Source: a virus
Taxonomy: Duplodnaviria > Caudoviricetes
Strand: one strand, 5' to 3'
Virus record (IMG/VR): IMGVR_UViG_2806311071_000002
Span: 58,256 to 122,255 of that record
Length of the DNA: 64,000 nucleotides
Positions 19,079 through 28,097 of the stretch are shown piece after piece (positions within the stretch are counted from its first letter, which is position 1; each line of letters starts with the position of its first letter). A model generated the notes under the pieces. That model saw nothing but the letters and a program-made list of their open reading frames with translations. It did not search any database and was not told where the DNA came from. Position numbers and translations under genes: made by a program.

Positions 19079-19357
19079 ATGAAGGTATTAGTGTTGTATC
19101 TTTTAAATAAGAAAGGATGGTTATTATTGAAATACAAAATAAAAACCAATTTAGAACCTTATTTAAAAGAACGAGGTATTCAAAAAGTTTGGCTTGCAGA
19201 AAAAACCGGTGTAACAAAACAGCAGATTTCTAGATGGTCTAAAAATGATGAGAGTGGTTTCTGTAAGTATACCCCTTCACTTTCATATGCTCTTGTCATT
19301 TCAAAAGTCTTGGATTGCGACATCAAAGAAATTTTTGAACTTATTGAGCTGAAGTAA
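19079..19357 (+). CDS. XRE-family HTH regulator, divergent from the tubulin operon (true start likely about 19127)
   Basis: RGIQKVWLAEKTGVTKQQISRW...PSL..AL.I...L....EIF motif. Confidence 0.8.
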   Translation: MKVLVLYLLNKKGWLLLKYKIKTNLEPYLKERGIQKVWLAEKTGVTKQQISRWSKNDESGFCKYTPSLSYALVISKVLDCDIKEIFELIELK

Positions 19358-19377
19358 TTTTTCGGCTCAGAAAACCA

Positions 19378-19406
19378 TAGACAAAAATAAAATATAAGTA
19401 TATAAT
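19378..19406 (+). promoter_or_regulatory. sigmaA promoter for yonP-yonO (TAGACA-17-TATAAT) with the 19-bp element filling the spacer
   Basis: AAAAATAAAATATAAGTAT at 19383-19401; identical copy at 19617-19635. Confidence 0.7.
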
Positions 19407-19431
19407 ATAAACAAGAACAAGGAGGTGTGAT

Positions 19432-19611
19432 ATGCGGAAAACATACATGACTACTCACGTAATTGAATTTCTAGAATCAATTGTGCAAAATGATTGGGCT
19501 ACACAAAGCGAATGTGAGCTTTATGAGGACTTCAAACTCTTCGGTACTATTGATAAAGAATCGATTACATATAAAAGACTGGTTTATAAATATTTAAGGA
19601 GTGATTATTAA
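19432..19611 (+). CDS. yonP: Small protein, 59 aa MRKTYMTTHVIEFLESIV..., YonP-like
   Basis: Translated by hand; AAGGAGGTG RBS; precedes yonO. Confidence 0.7.
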   Translation: MRKTYMTTHVIEFLESIVQNDWATQSECELYEDFKLFGTIDKESITYKRLVYKYLRSDY

Positions 19612-19652
19612 TATTAAAAAATAAAATATAAGTATTAAATGGAGGGGATTGA

Positions 19653-22172
19653 TTGAAAAGAAAAAAAGATGGATTGTCTAAGCAAGTTCACATATACAGC
19701 GTAGACACATCAGCATTTTATAATGACAAAGAAAATTCATTACATAATAAGATTTTGAAGTCTTATAGATACAGAGATTATCTTAAAACATTAGACAATG
19801 TAAATAATAAACATAAGAAATACATATCACATAGAATTACATACCTTAAAGAGTGCCTCTATTCTGCATTCGAAGAACATAATGACATAAGAACACTTCG
19901 AACTGACAGTTTAAGGGATAATAAAGTAATTTCTTTATTTGATTCAGTGTTGACCCGTACATTAGGGATTAAAGAAAATACCCTTTCAGAGGAAATCATG
20001 GTTGTACAAACTTATCATTTTGAAGTATTGAAAGACATTATTGACAAAGGATTTTTACATAACAATGAGAAATACGTTTATTTCACAAGCAGTGCCGGTC
20101 AAATTCGCACAAAGAAGTCATGTTTCATAAAAAAAAGCACTTACGATAAGTATCAGGATGCTTTGACCTGTGGCTTGAGAATTGAAAAGATTAATTCCCT
20201 TGGTGGGAGCAGCATTAACAAATGGAATAGCTATATGGCCTTATCTAACAGCGCCAGTAGCCCTTGGGAGATCGATATTGATAAAGCAATTGTTGTTAAC
20301 GACCTAGAAACGGATGTATCAAGCCTTGTTGACTATATTGACCGAGACACCTACGAAATCACACGAAAAACAATGAACATTCCCATTGAGCATACAGATG
20401 GCTGCGGAATGATACTCCCCACTCTAAGTCGTAAAAGCTTCATGGTAAGGCTCCCGTGGGTAAAGGGTTTATTAGTCCCTTTTGATTTTCGTAAATTTGC
20501 TGAGGAAAACAAAGCTTTTAAAGTAACTGATATATACGGCAAGGAATGGGACGTAGTGAAAGATGATGTTCAAATTATCTTCACTAAAAGCCAGTTTAAA
20601 ATGTGGAAGTATTATTCATCGTGGGAAGAATATCAAGATAATTATAAAAAATATGGATGCTTAGGGGCAAAACTCAACGAAGAAGACCCTTCTGTTGAAG
20701 GTAAGCTCACTTATCAAATGCTCCAGACACTTACAGATATCTCCGATGAAGAATTAATTCAAATGAGCTCAAAGACTGTAAAAGAGATTACCACATTGGG
20801 AACTGACAAAGAAACCATGTTAAGAGTTCTTGGAGCTACGGAGAAAAAGAAACATCGGACAACTCTTCAGGACGCTTTACTTCTATATCCAGAACTTCTT
20901 AACGATGATCACACGAAAGAAATTATTAAAAATAAAAAGAAAAGCATGATTAAAGATGCCAAATCAGGAAAATTGCTTGTTGATGGTGCTCGTTATACAT
21001 ACTTATGCCCTGATCTATATGCTTTCTGCGAAAAATTATTTCTGAATATCCAGAATCCAAAAGGAATGCTTTCAGGAAGTGATGTCCATTGTTCTTTATA
21101 TGATGAAGGGTATATTGACATCCTCCGCTCCCCTCACCTATTCAGAGAGCATGGTGTTAGGTGGAACAAAAAAGATGAGAAATATGAAAAGTGGTTCATT
21201 ACCCCAGGTGTTTACACAAGCATTCATGATCCGATATCTAAGTTGCTGCAGTTTGATAATGACGGGGATAAGGCCTTAATTATTTCTGATGAGTTAATCG
21301 TCAATATTGCCAAGCGTAATATGGAGAACATCGTTCCTTTGTATTATGAAATGTCAGTAGCCCAGAAACAAGAGATTAATAGCAGGAACATCTATGAAGC
21401 ACTAACCCTTGCTTACGGAATCAATATCGGGGAGTACAGTAACAACATCACTAAGATATGGAACAGTGACAATATAAACCTGGACGTGATCAAATGGTTA
21501 TGCATGGAAAATAACTTTACTATTGATTTTGCAAAAACCTTGTTCATGCCTACCCGTCCTGATCATGTTGATGAAAAAATCAAAGATTACATAAAAAATA
21601 AAGTCCCCCACTTCTTCATCAACGCAAAGGATAAAGAAGAACATAGCGTTGAGTTTATTAATGAAAGCACAGTAAATAAGTTAGACTGCATTATCCCTTC
21701 TGACCGAATTAATTTCGCAGCTGTTGCAGGAAAGTTCGATTATCGCTTCCTACTCAAGAACAAGGATATTAAATTGGACGATGCAATTATTCGTGAATAT
21801 AAACGATTAGACCAGAACAAGAAATGGCTCATGAATGATGAGGACATTAAGCCTGGACAAAAACTTTATGTTTATAAGGTTATCAAAGACAGATTGTTGA
21901 AAATCCATAATGACGAGCAATATGTTGCTGATGTTTTAGCAAAGTACCTATATAAAAAGAAAAGCAAATTTAAATCAACATTATGGGAGTGCTTTGGTGA
22001 GATTCTATTAAATAACTTAGCAATAAACTTAAAGAACAGGAAGGTATGTTTAAGCTGCTTGAAACCTATAAGCAATAAAGGAAACAAGAAAAAATACTGT
22101 ACAAAATGTTTAAATGAACGAGAAAAGATAAGAAAAAGAGAATGGAAGAGAAAACAACTGGTAGCGAAATAG
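19653..22172 (+). CDS. yonO: Single-polypeptide DNA-dependent RNA polymerase for late genes
   Basis: 839 aa; HTDGCG, RSPH and catalytic FDNDGD motifs. Confidence 0.93.
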   Translation: MKRKKDGLSKQVHIYSVDTSAFYNDKENSLHNKILKSYRYRDYLKTLDNVNNKHKKYISHRITYLKECLYSAFEEHNDIRTLRTDSLRDNKVISLFDSVLTRTLGIKENTLSEEIMVVQTYHFEVLKDIIDKGFLHNNEKYVYFTSSAGQIRTKKSCFIKKSTYDKYQDALTCGLRIEKINSLGGSSINKWNSYMALSNSASSPWEIDIDKAIVVNDLETDVSSLVDYIDRDTYEITRKTMNIPIEHTDGCGMILPTLSRKSFMVRLPWVKGLLVPFDFRKFAEENKAFKVTDIYGKEWDVVKDDVQIIFTKSQFKMWKYYSSWEEYQDNYKKYGCLGAKLNEEDPSVEGKLTYQMLQTLTDISDEELIQMSSKTVKEITTLGTDKETMLRVLGATEKKKHRTTLQDALLLYPELLNDDHTKEIIKNKKKSMIKDAKSGKLLVDGARYTYLCPDLYAFCEKLFLNIQNPKGMLSGSDVHCSLYDEGYIDILRSPHLFREHGVRWNKKDEKYEKWFITPGVYTSIHDPISKLLQFDNDGDKALIISDELIVNIAKRNMENIVPLYYEMSVAQKQEINSRNIYEALTLAYGINIGEYSNNITKIWNSDNINLDVIKWLCMENNFTIDFAKTLFMPTRPDHVDEKIKDYIKNKVPHFFINAKDKEEHSVEFINESTVNKLDCIIPSDRINFAAVAGKFDYRFLLKNKDIKLDDAIIREYKRLDQNKKWLMNDEDIKPGQKLYVYKVIKDRLLKIHNDEQYVADVLAKYLYKKKSKFKSTLWECFGEILLNNLAINLKNRKVCLSCLKPISNKGNKKKYCTKCLNEREKIRKREWKRKQLVAK

Positions 22173-22424
22173 AAAGTGCCCTGAGCCTTACTCCCCCAAG
22201 GGGTACAGCGATTTTACCAGAAAAAGTTTAACGAAAAAAGCGCCTTGAACCCTTGATATGACTGGTCTGAAAGCCCCTTTTGAGATAATCGCCATAAGGG
22301 AGAAAGAAAGCTAATTTCCACATATAAGGGTGAGTACGTCTCCCGTTTTTCAAAAGAAGCACAAACGTTACCGTAATTTTACTTTAACACAAAAATAAAC
22401 AATATCACTAGGAGGAATTAAAAC

Positions 22425-22700
22425 ATGAACAAAACAGAATTTGTTGGAGAAGTTGCAGAAAAATTAGGAGTTACTAAGAAAGAAGCTGCACCTAAAGTGG
22501 AAGCAGTATTTAATGTCATCATTGAAGCACTAACAAAAGGTGAATCAATCAAGATTCCAGGAGTTGGAACGTTTGAAGTTCGTGAACGTGCAGCTCGTAA
22601 AGGGAGAAATCCGCAATCGGGTGAGGAAATTGATATTCCAGCTACAAAGGCACCTGCCTTCAAGGCTGCTAAAGCACTAAAAGACGCAGTGAAAGCTTAA
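22425..22700 (+). CDS. yonN: HU-like DNA-binding protein
   Basis: MNKTE...GTFEVRERAARKGRNPQSGEEIDIPA HU signature. Confidence 0.95.
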   Translation: MNKTEFVGEVAEKLGVTKKEAAPKVEAVFNVIIEALTKGESIKIPGVGTFEVRERAARKGRNPQSGEEIDIPATKAPAFKAAKALKDAVKA

Positions 22701-22726
22701 TGTAGCATCTTCCTCCCTTTTCCCTA

Positions 22727-22866
22727 GAATGCGGTGGCGAAAAAGGTAAACGCGTAGATCGAGGTGGTATGACTAACCTTCGGGAATCTCGAGGCCAACC
22801 TTCAAGAGAAGACTAATAGTTGGCGAATTGTCATCCATGAGAGGTGCAAATCCTCTCCCGCATTCA
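22727..22866 (+). ncRNA. tRNA-like RNA with acceptor, D and T arms but an ~85-nt multibranch insert in place of the anticodon arm
   Basis: GAATGCGG/CCGCATTC stem, GCG-AAAAAGGTAAA-CGC D-arm, GAGAGG-TGCAAAT-CCTCTC T-arm. Confidence 0.6.
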
Positions 22867-22889
22867 TCTCCAGGTTTATTAATTAGAGT

Positions 22890-23760
22890 TCTTTTATTGA
22901 TGGCATGGGGGTGTCGTCAATAATAAGCTGATTACTGATATGTGGGATATCAGTTCTCGGCTAATATTCATTTGTTTGAGGACTTGGAATGCTGGAGCTT
23001 CGGACAAGTGGATATTAGCGGGGTATTGCCCCTTCGTGGATTAAGCTTTTTCTAAACATGTCTATTCTCACTTTCTAACGAACAAAAGCATTAAATTCGA
23101 CTTTACAGCTACAACTGGTCATTGTGGTTAGTCGGATAATGGTCATTTATGAGGGTTCGAGGTTAACTTGGATGTCTGTATCTTAAAGAGACAGGTAATT
23201 GGCTATTATCGGGCTAAACATGCCGATAAGACTTAGCGCATTAATGCAACGACTGAATCCCATCAGGGTCTTATTATGGGTGGCATGTGACCTGAATATT
23301 AATTGCGGTGTATTGCTTCGGCTTGCACTTAGGTAAGGAAGATGCGTCTCCCTTCCCTTTAAATAATGCCCTTGTAAGCTTTGATGCTTATTATGCGGCC
23401 ACATAAAAATTTTCCGGGTTAGCGAGTCTTCTATACTCGTAAAATAAGTGAGATGGAGGTTTGGGCGCTTGATCACCGCCCCCATTTCACAGAAAAGGAT
23501 TATTTTCGGTCTTACCTTTTCAACTTCACTTAGCAACACATTCGCTATTTATTCACTTCATCTCCTTCAATGTTCTGAATGGAGACTTACCTTTCCCAAT
23601 GCACATACCTCCTTACACGGGTCAGAGAAAACTGTGCAAAATAAATGACGAGCGTTTGAGACGCTTTGTTTCTCAATAAGGCGTGTAACCTGACAAGAGC
23701 ATTAAAAATGCCATTGAGAAGGCTTATTAGGGTCTTCCCTTCTCAAATTTTTCCTTGGCT
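22890..23760 (+). ncRNA. Large structured non-coding RNA or cluster of RNAs
   Basis: Consecutive long stems whose mismatches are mostly G.U-compatible on the plus strand; no credible ORF. Confidence 0.55.
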
Positions 23761-23782
23761 CTCAGACTCTAAGGGCTGAGCA

Positions 23783-23865
23783 GTTGGCAAGCAACATAAA
23801 AACTTGATACATTTTCCAGACTACGAGAGCCGGACGTTGGCAAGCAACATAAAAACTTGATACAT
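23783..23865 (+). repeat. Two identical 30-nt direct repeats GTTGGCAAGCAACATAAAAACTTGATACAT with 53-nt period
   Basis: Copies at 23783-23812 and 23836-23865. Confidence 0.95.
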
Positions 23866-24185
23866 AAGATGTAAAGGTAATAGGAACTTTTAACACATTC
23901 CAGAAAGCGTGTATTATTTGTTGTCATAGCTCATCTGCCAGGTGTAGAAGGAGCCAGCTGGATTTCAAACAGCGATAACCAGCCTTTTATGCTCATGTAC
24001 CATGATGTACAAGGAGTTCCTGAAGACGTTATTATGGCGTCTTTTGTTATTTTCGACTTACAAAGATTTCGATCGATGAACCTGTAATCAGCGTATTCCC
24101 TGTCGATTTTGCGTACCTACGTGGGTTAATGAATAATATTTAAGGAAACGCTAATTTCGTATAATTTTCAAGGGAGGACGAAAAG

Positions 24186-24416
24186 ATGGACACAAACATT
24201 CGCGTTAAAGTTATGTATGATGACACGGTATATAATAAGTGGGGCGAGATTATTAATGAAACTTATGCCGGCGAGATTATCGATGCTATCCTTAACGAAG
24301 ACACAGAAGAATATTTTGGAAAAGATCATGGAGGTCGCGAAGTATTTGTCGCATCTCTCGACATGTACGGTAAGCTCGTACTAGAGCCTGGATTTAAATT
24401 AGTAGACGACAAATAA
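24186..24416 (+). CDS. Hypothetical acidic protein
   Basis: GGGAGG RBS, upstream TATAAT and a downstream hairpin/terminator. Confidence 0.7.
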   Translation: MDTNIRVKVMYDDTVYNKWGEIINETYAGEIIDAILNEDTEEYFGKDHGGREVFVASLDMYGKLVLEPGFKLVDDK

Positions 24417-24664
24417 CGCAATCAGAAAGAGGCTTCCGCATCCTGTGGCGAGGTCTTTTTGTGCTTGCGTTTTACTTTAGCGATCATCCGGAATGTGCTT
24501 ACGAGCCTTCCGGTACGCAAGTAATCAATAATCTCCTTCGGGCGTTTCCCCAACGCCTATCCGACTTATCTTTTCATCTCCTTTATATCCCCTTTTCGGA
24601 CGTTACCGATGCTTCGGATCATCGGGCTTCCGAAGGAGCTTATTGTACGTAAATAAAACACATA

Positions 24665-24865
24665 TTGGAGGAATTAAATTTGGCTAAGAAAGTTCATACA
24701 GTAAATTTAAAAGGTAACTATACTTACATTGATGGAATTATTGAAGAAGAAACAAAAACAGACATCGAGCGTTATGATCTAAATTCAATCTTAAAATCAT
24801 TTGATGGTCGGAAAGTGAAAATTTCTATTACCGAAGAAGACGAACTTCCACAAATCAATGAGTAG
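24665..24865 (+). CDS. yonK: YonK family protein (likely TTG start about 24680)
   Basis: KKVHTVNLKG...IIEEETK...YDL..IL..FDGRKV.ISITEEDEL. Confidence 0.8.
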   Translation: MEELNLAKKVHTVNLKGNYTYIDGIIEEETKTDIERYDLNSILKSFDGRKVKISITEEDELPQINE

Positions 24866-24876
24866 GTGGTGACTGA

Positions 24877-26076
24877 ATGACAGCTATTTTAGATCCTGTT
24901 TTGCATCGTGAAAAAGACGAATCATTTACTGATTATCATATTAGACTTTTCAAAAACAAAGACACTTATCACATTGACACAAAAACAATTGCATCCCTTT
25001 TAAATAAGGATCAAGGAACCAACTATGATGAAAGCAAATGGCGTAAAGACTTTAAACAGTATGAACGCTGGCACGATTACTTCATCTCAAAGAATATGAA
25101 CAAAGAAGTTCAACAAAAACATGAAGAAATTCGCATTGAAACCGAAAAACAAACAATCAAAGCACGAGATCAAAAAAGAGAATACCGCAAGTTCATTGCC
25201 AATCAAGCACGATTTGAAAAAATTAAAGATGATGTTGTTCAAGCTATTGCATCTCTAGAGTCAAAAAGACCCCTTCGCTTCACCTTCCCATCACCTGCTA
25301 TTACTGAAAAACATGGACTTGCTCTATTCAGTGATTGGCACTTCGGAATGGAAATTGACAACCGCATTAATAAATTCAATAAAGAAATCTTTAATGAGCG
25401 TGTAGAACATCTCACCAACAAAGTGATTGAGTATGGTAAGCAGAATCACATTTCCACACTTCATGTAGCAAATCTCGGTGATTTAATCGGAGGCCTAATT
25501 CATGTGTCTACAAGAGTTCAGGCCAATGAAGATGCTGTAGAACAAATTAAATATGTATCTGAAACGCTTGCTGAGGTGTTAGCTATGTTGGCTAGTGAGT
25601 TTCAAGAGGTTAAGTTCTATAACGTTGCAGGCAATCACGGTCGCCTCTCCCCTTCTAAGAATGATGTGGGGATCAAAGAAAACTTTGAATACCTCATTAA
25701 TTGGTATCTTGAAGCCAGATTGAAGAATATAAAGAACATCTCAATTGAACCTGAGCAAGACGGATTCATCCCCGCTAAAATCAACAATCAGGAAGTCGTG
25801 TTTGTGCACGGCCACTACGATCGTGTTGATCAGTGTGTAACACGATTGCCCCAATTACTTGGTTACATCCCTTCTTACATATTCGGCGGTCATATTCATC
25901 ACAATTATGAAAAAGAGTATGGCAGCACAACAGTTGTAGTAAATGGAGCGCTTGTCGGTGCGGATGATTATGCTATGCAAGGTCGGTTCGGAACAAAACC
26001 TTCTCAAAAATTTATGGTTTTTGATGATGCTGGTATTGAGGCTACATACATAATTCGCTTTAAAAATGAAAAGTAA
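24877..26076 (+). CDS. yonJ: Calcineurin-like metallophosphoesterase
   Basis: SDWH, LGDL, GNHG, VHGH and GHIHH motifs. Confidence 0.85.
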   Translation: MTAILDPVLHREKDESFTDYHIRLFKNKDTYHIDTKTIASLLNKDQGTNYDESKWRKDFKQYERWHDYFISKNMNKEVQQKHEEIRIETEKQTIKARDQKREYRKFIANQARFEKIKDDVVQAIASLESKRPLRFTFPSPAITEKHGLALFSDWHFGMEIDNRINKFNKEIFNERVEHLTNKVIEYGKQNHISTLHVANLGDLIGGLIHVSTRVQANEDAVEQIKYVSETLAEVLAMLASEFQEVKFYNVAGNHGRLSPSKNDVGIKENFEYLINWYLEARLKNIKNISIEPEQDGFIPAKINNQEVVFVHGHYDRVDQCVTRLPQLLGYIPSYIFGGHIHHNYEKEYGSTTVVVNGALVGADDYAMQGRFGTKPSQKFMVFDDAGIEATYIIRFKNEK

Positions 26077-26223
26077 AAGGAATGATTCTATGTCTGCCAA
26101 CGAATTTATTGAAATATTAGCAGAACATTGGGACAACCTGTCCCATGAAAGCAAAAACACTTTAGTAAATTTGATTGTTAATTGATTTAAAACTTTAATT
26201 TTATTCAGATTGGAGCAGTGTAA

Positions 26224-26553
26224 GTGGCTGATCACAAAGATGTTTACGAGTCTTTCTGGAAGGAAATCATTGAAGATGGAACAGGAAATATTAACAAAGA
26301 ACAATTAATGAAAGAGCTGTGTGATTATAAGTATCTGTTGGATTCAATTCCTGCTGTTTATGAAGAAGTGACTTGTAATACTGTAAGTAAGCCATTTGCT
26401 GATCCTAAATATGTTATTGAGACTCATAGAGAAGCTTTTATAAATAAAAGAATTGTCATAGATGATTTAAGAAACATGAGTGTGGCAGCAAAACACTATT
26501 CACCTTATGAGACAGTTGTGAGCCTAGGAGCTATTGAAGGTTTATTAAAGTAA
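26224..26553 (+). CDS. Hypothetical protein
   Basis: 109-aa ORF in the late operon. Confidence 0.6.
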   Translation: MADHKDVYESFWKEIIEDGTGNINKEQLMKELCDYKYLLDSIPAVYEEVTCNTVSKPFADPKYVIETHREAFINKRIVIDDLRNMSVAAKHYSPYETVVSLGAIEGLLK

Positions 26554-26583
26554 TACAAAAAATATTGAGGATGAAGACGAAAA

Positions 26584-27057
26584 ATGACGAATGAAGATTT
26601 TAAATACTTAAACAAGCATTTTGAACAGCTTATTAAATTAAGAGAATCTGGTTATAAATGTGATTTTGAGATTAGAACTGTCTTAGATAAATTGCATGAA
26701 AAAATGGGTCTTGAGCAAAGAGCAACTATCGGAAAATGTTCAATGCCTGGAATTAGTATAAAAGAACCTTCCGTTGTTGTTTCACAAGGAGCAGTTAATT
26801 ATTCACCGGCATTTGGGTCATCTAAAGGTGATACCCCCTTAAACAGTCAGAAAGATAAACCTAAGCTATTGATTCTTGGTGAACCTGGTTTGCTTTTTGA
26901 ATTTTTCAAAGCATATATTGTACCTGAATCAACTATAGTAAGATGCAATATAAGTCGAGATCAAGCTCAGATAATTACAGAGGAAATTGAGATAACTTTT
27001 TTGAAGAAGACGTCCTCTACTAGGGGGATGCGATTTGATTATAAATTGTCTATGTAA
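26584..27057 (+). CDS. Hypothetical protein
   Basis: 157-aa ORF with GAGG RBS. Confidence 0.6.
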   Translation: MTNEDFKYLNKHFEQLIKLRESGYKCDFEIRTVLDKLHEKMGLEQRATIGKCSMPGISIKEPSVVVSQGAVNYSPAFGSSKGDTPLNSQKDKPKLLILGEPGLLFEFFKAYIVPESTIVRCNISRDQAQIITEEIEITFLKKTSSTRGMRFDYKLSM

Positions 27058-27165
27058 TTAAAAACACATTTTAAGAGCGCCCAGTGATGATTGAAGTCTC
27101 CCCACTTCTCTATTGCTGGGCGTTTTATAAAACGTGTTTTTAAAAATTATATTGGAGGTGTATGA

Positions 27166-28095
27166 ATGCCTAGAAAAGCCAAAGAAAAGGAAAAATTGAT
27201 CTGTGCTGCTTGTCAGAAAGAAAAGGACAAAGAGTCAGGGTTCTATAATTCACGAAGCAGTCTGTATGAGAAGACTGGAAAAGTCCCTATTTGCAAGACT
27301 TGCTTGAAGAAAAACATTGATTACAACAATATTGAGTCAATATATACAGTCTTACAACAGATCGATGTTAAATTTGATCCTTTGTATTGGGAACAAGCTG
27401 AAAAGAGAAAAACAGATACATTTAGCGCTTATATGACAATGGCTAATTCATTGAAGCAATTTAACGGTACTGGTTACAAAGACAGTATATTTACAAAAGA
27501 AGATAAAACAAATGTAACAGCTAATGAAGAAGAGAGCCAAACGTCTCAAGACATTGACTCAGACTACCTAGAGAAACTTAAAGAAAAATACGGATATGGC
27601 TATCCCGATGACGACTACCTCCTCTTCGAAAAGAAATTCCTTCAACTAAAACCCTCTTTTCAGTTACTCACCACAATGCACGAAGAGTGCTTACGAGAAT
27701 ACTGCGTAAATAAGGTATATGAGACCCTTGCTAAAGCAAAAGGAGATTTTAAACAAGCTAAAGACTGGGCTGCAATGGCAAAAGATACAGCTGAAGCTGG
27801 GAAATTAAAACCTTCTCAAATGAGTAAAGCTGATTTATCGCAAGGTTTGGATGGATTTGGACAACTGGCGAGAATGGTTGAAGAGAAAGTTGACATTATC
27901 CCTATTTTACCGAAGTTTGTTTCTCAGCCGAAAGATAAGCCAGATGTAGTATTATGGTGCTATTTAAATTATGTTCGGGACTTAAAAGGTCTTCCACCTG
28001 CTGATTATAAAGATATCTACAACTTCTATGAAGAACGTAGATCAGATTATGAGAAACAGGAATTAGATAACGATCCTTCAATGCGGGAGTTATAA
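27166..28095 (+). CDS. yonG: YonG-like protein, probable terminase small subunit
   Basis: N-terminal CAAC/CKTC Zn finger; directly upstream of the large terminase. Confidence 0.65.
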   Translation: MPRKAKEKEKLICAACQKEKDKESGFYNSRSSLYEKTGKVPICKTCLKKNIDYNNIESIYTVLQQIDVKFDPLYWEQAEKRKTDTFSAYMTMANSLKQFNGTGYKDSIFTKEDKTNVTANEEESQTSQDIDSDYLEKLKEKYGYGYPDDDYLLFEKKFLQLKPSFQLLTTMHEECLREYCVNKVYETLAKAKGDFKQAKDWAAMAKDTAEAGKLKPSQMSKADLSQGLDGFGQLARMVEEKVDIIPILPKFVSQPKDKPDVVLWCYLNYVRDLKGLPPADYKDIYNFYEERRSDYEKQELDNDPSMREL

Positions 28096-28097
28096 TA

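Noticed and set aside
22727-22866. Ordinary decoding tRNA or tmRNA
   Set aside because: No 5-bp anticodon stem with a 7-nt loop; too short for tmRNA, with no tag ORF.
23183-23648. ORFs 23183-23539 (-) and 23448-23648 (+); also 24461-24652 and 17050-17253
   Set aside because: No convincing RBS and atypical composition; they overlie RNA stems or the skewed non-coding island.
23783-23812. preQ1-I riboswitch (stem followed by ATAAAAAC tail)
   Set aside because: The loop is too short and lacks the conserved ligand-binding loop; no que or transporter gene downstream.
23783-23865. Mini CRISPR array (30-nt repeats starting GTT)
   Set aside because: Only two repeats; the 23-nt spacer is short and resembles the sequence before the first repeat (tandem duplication); no cas genes and no typical repeat 3' end.
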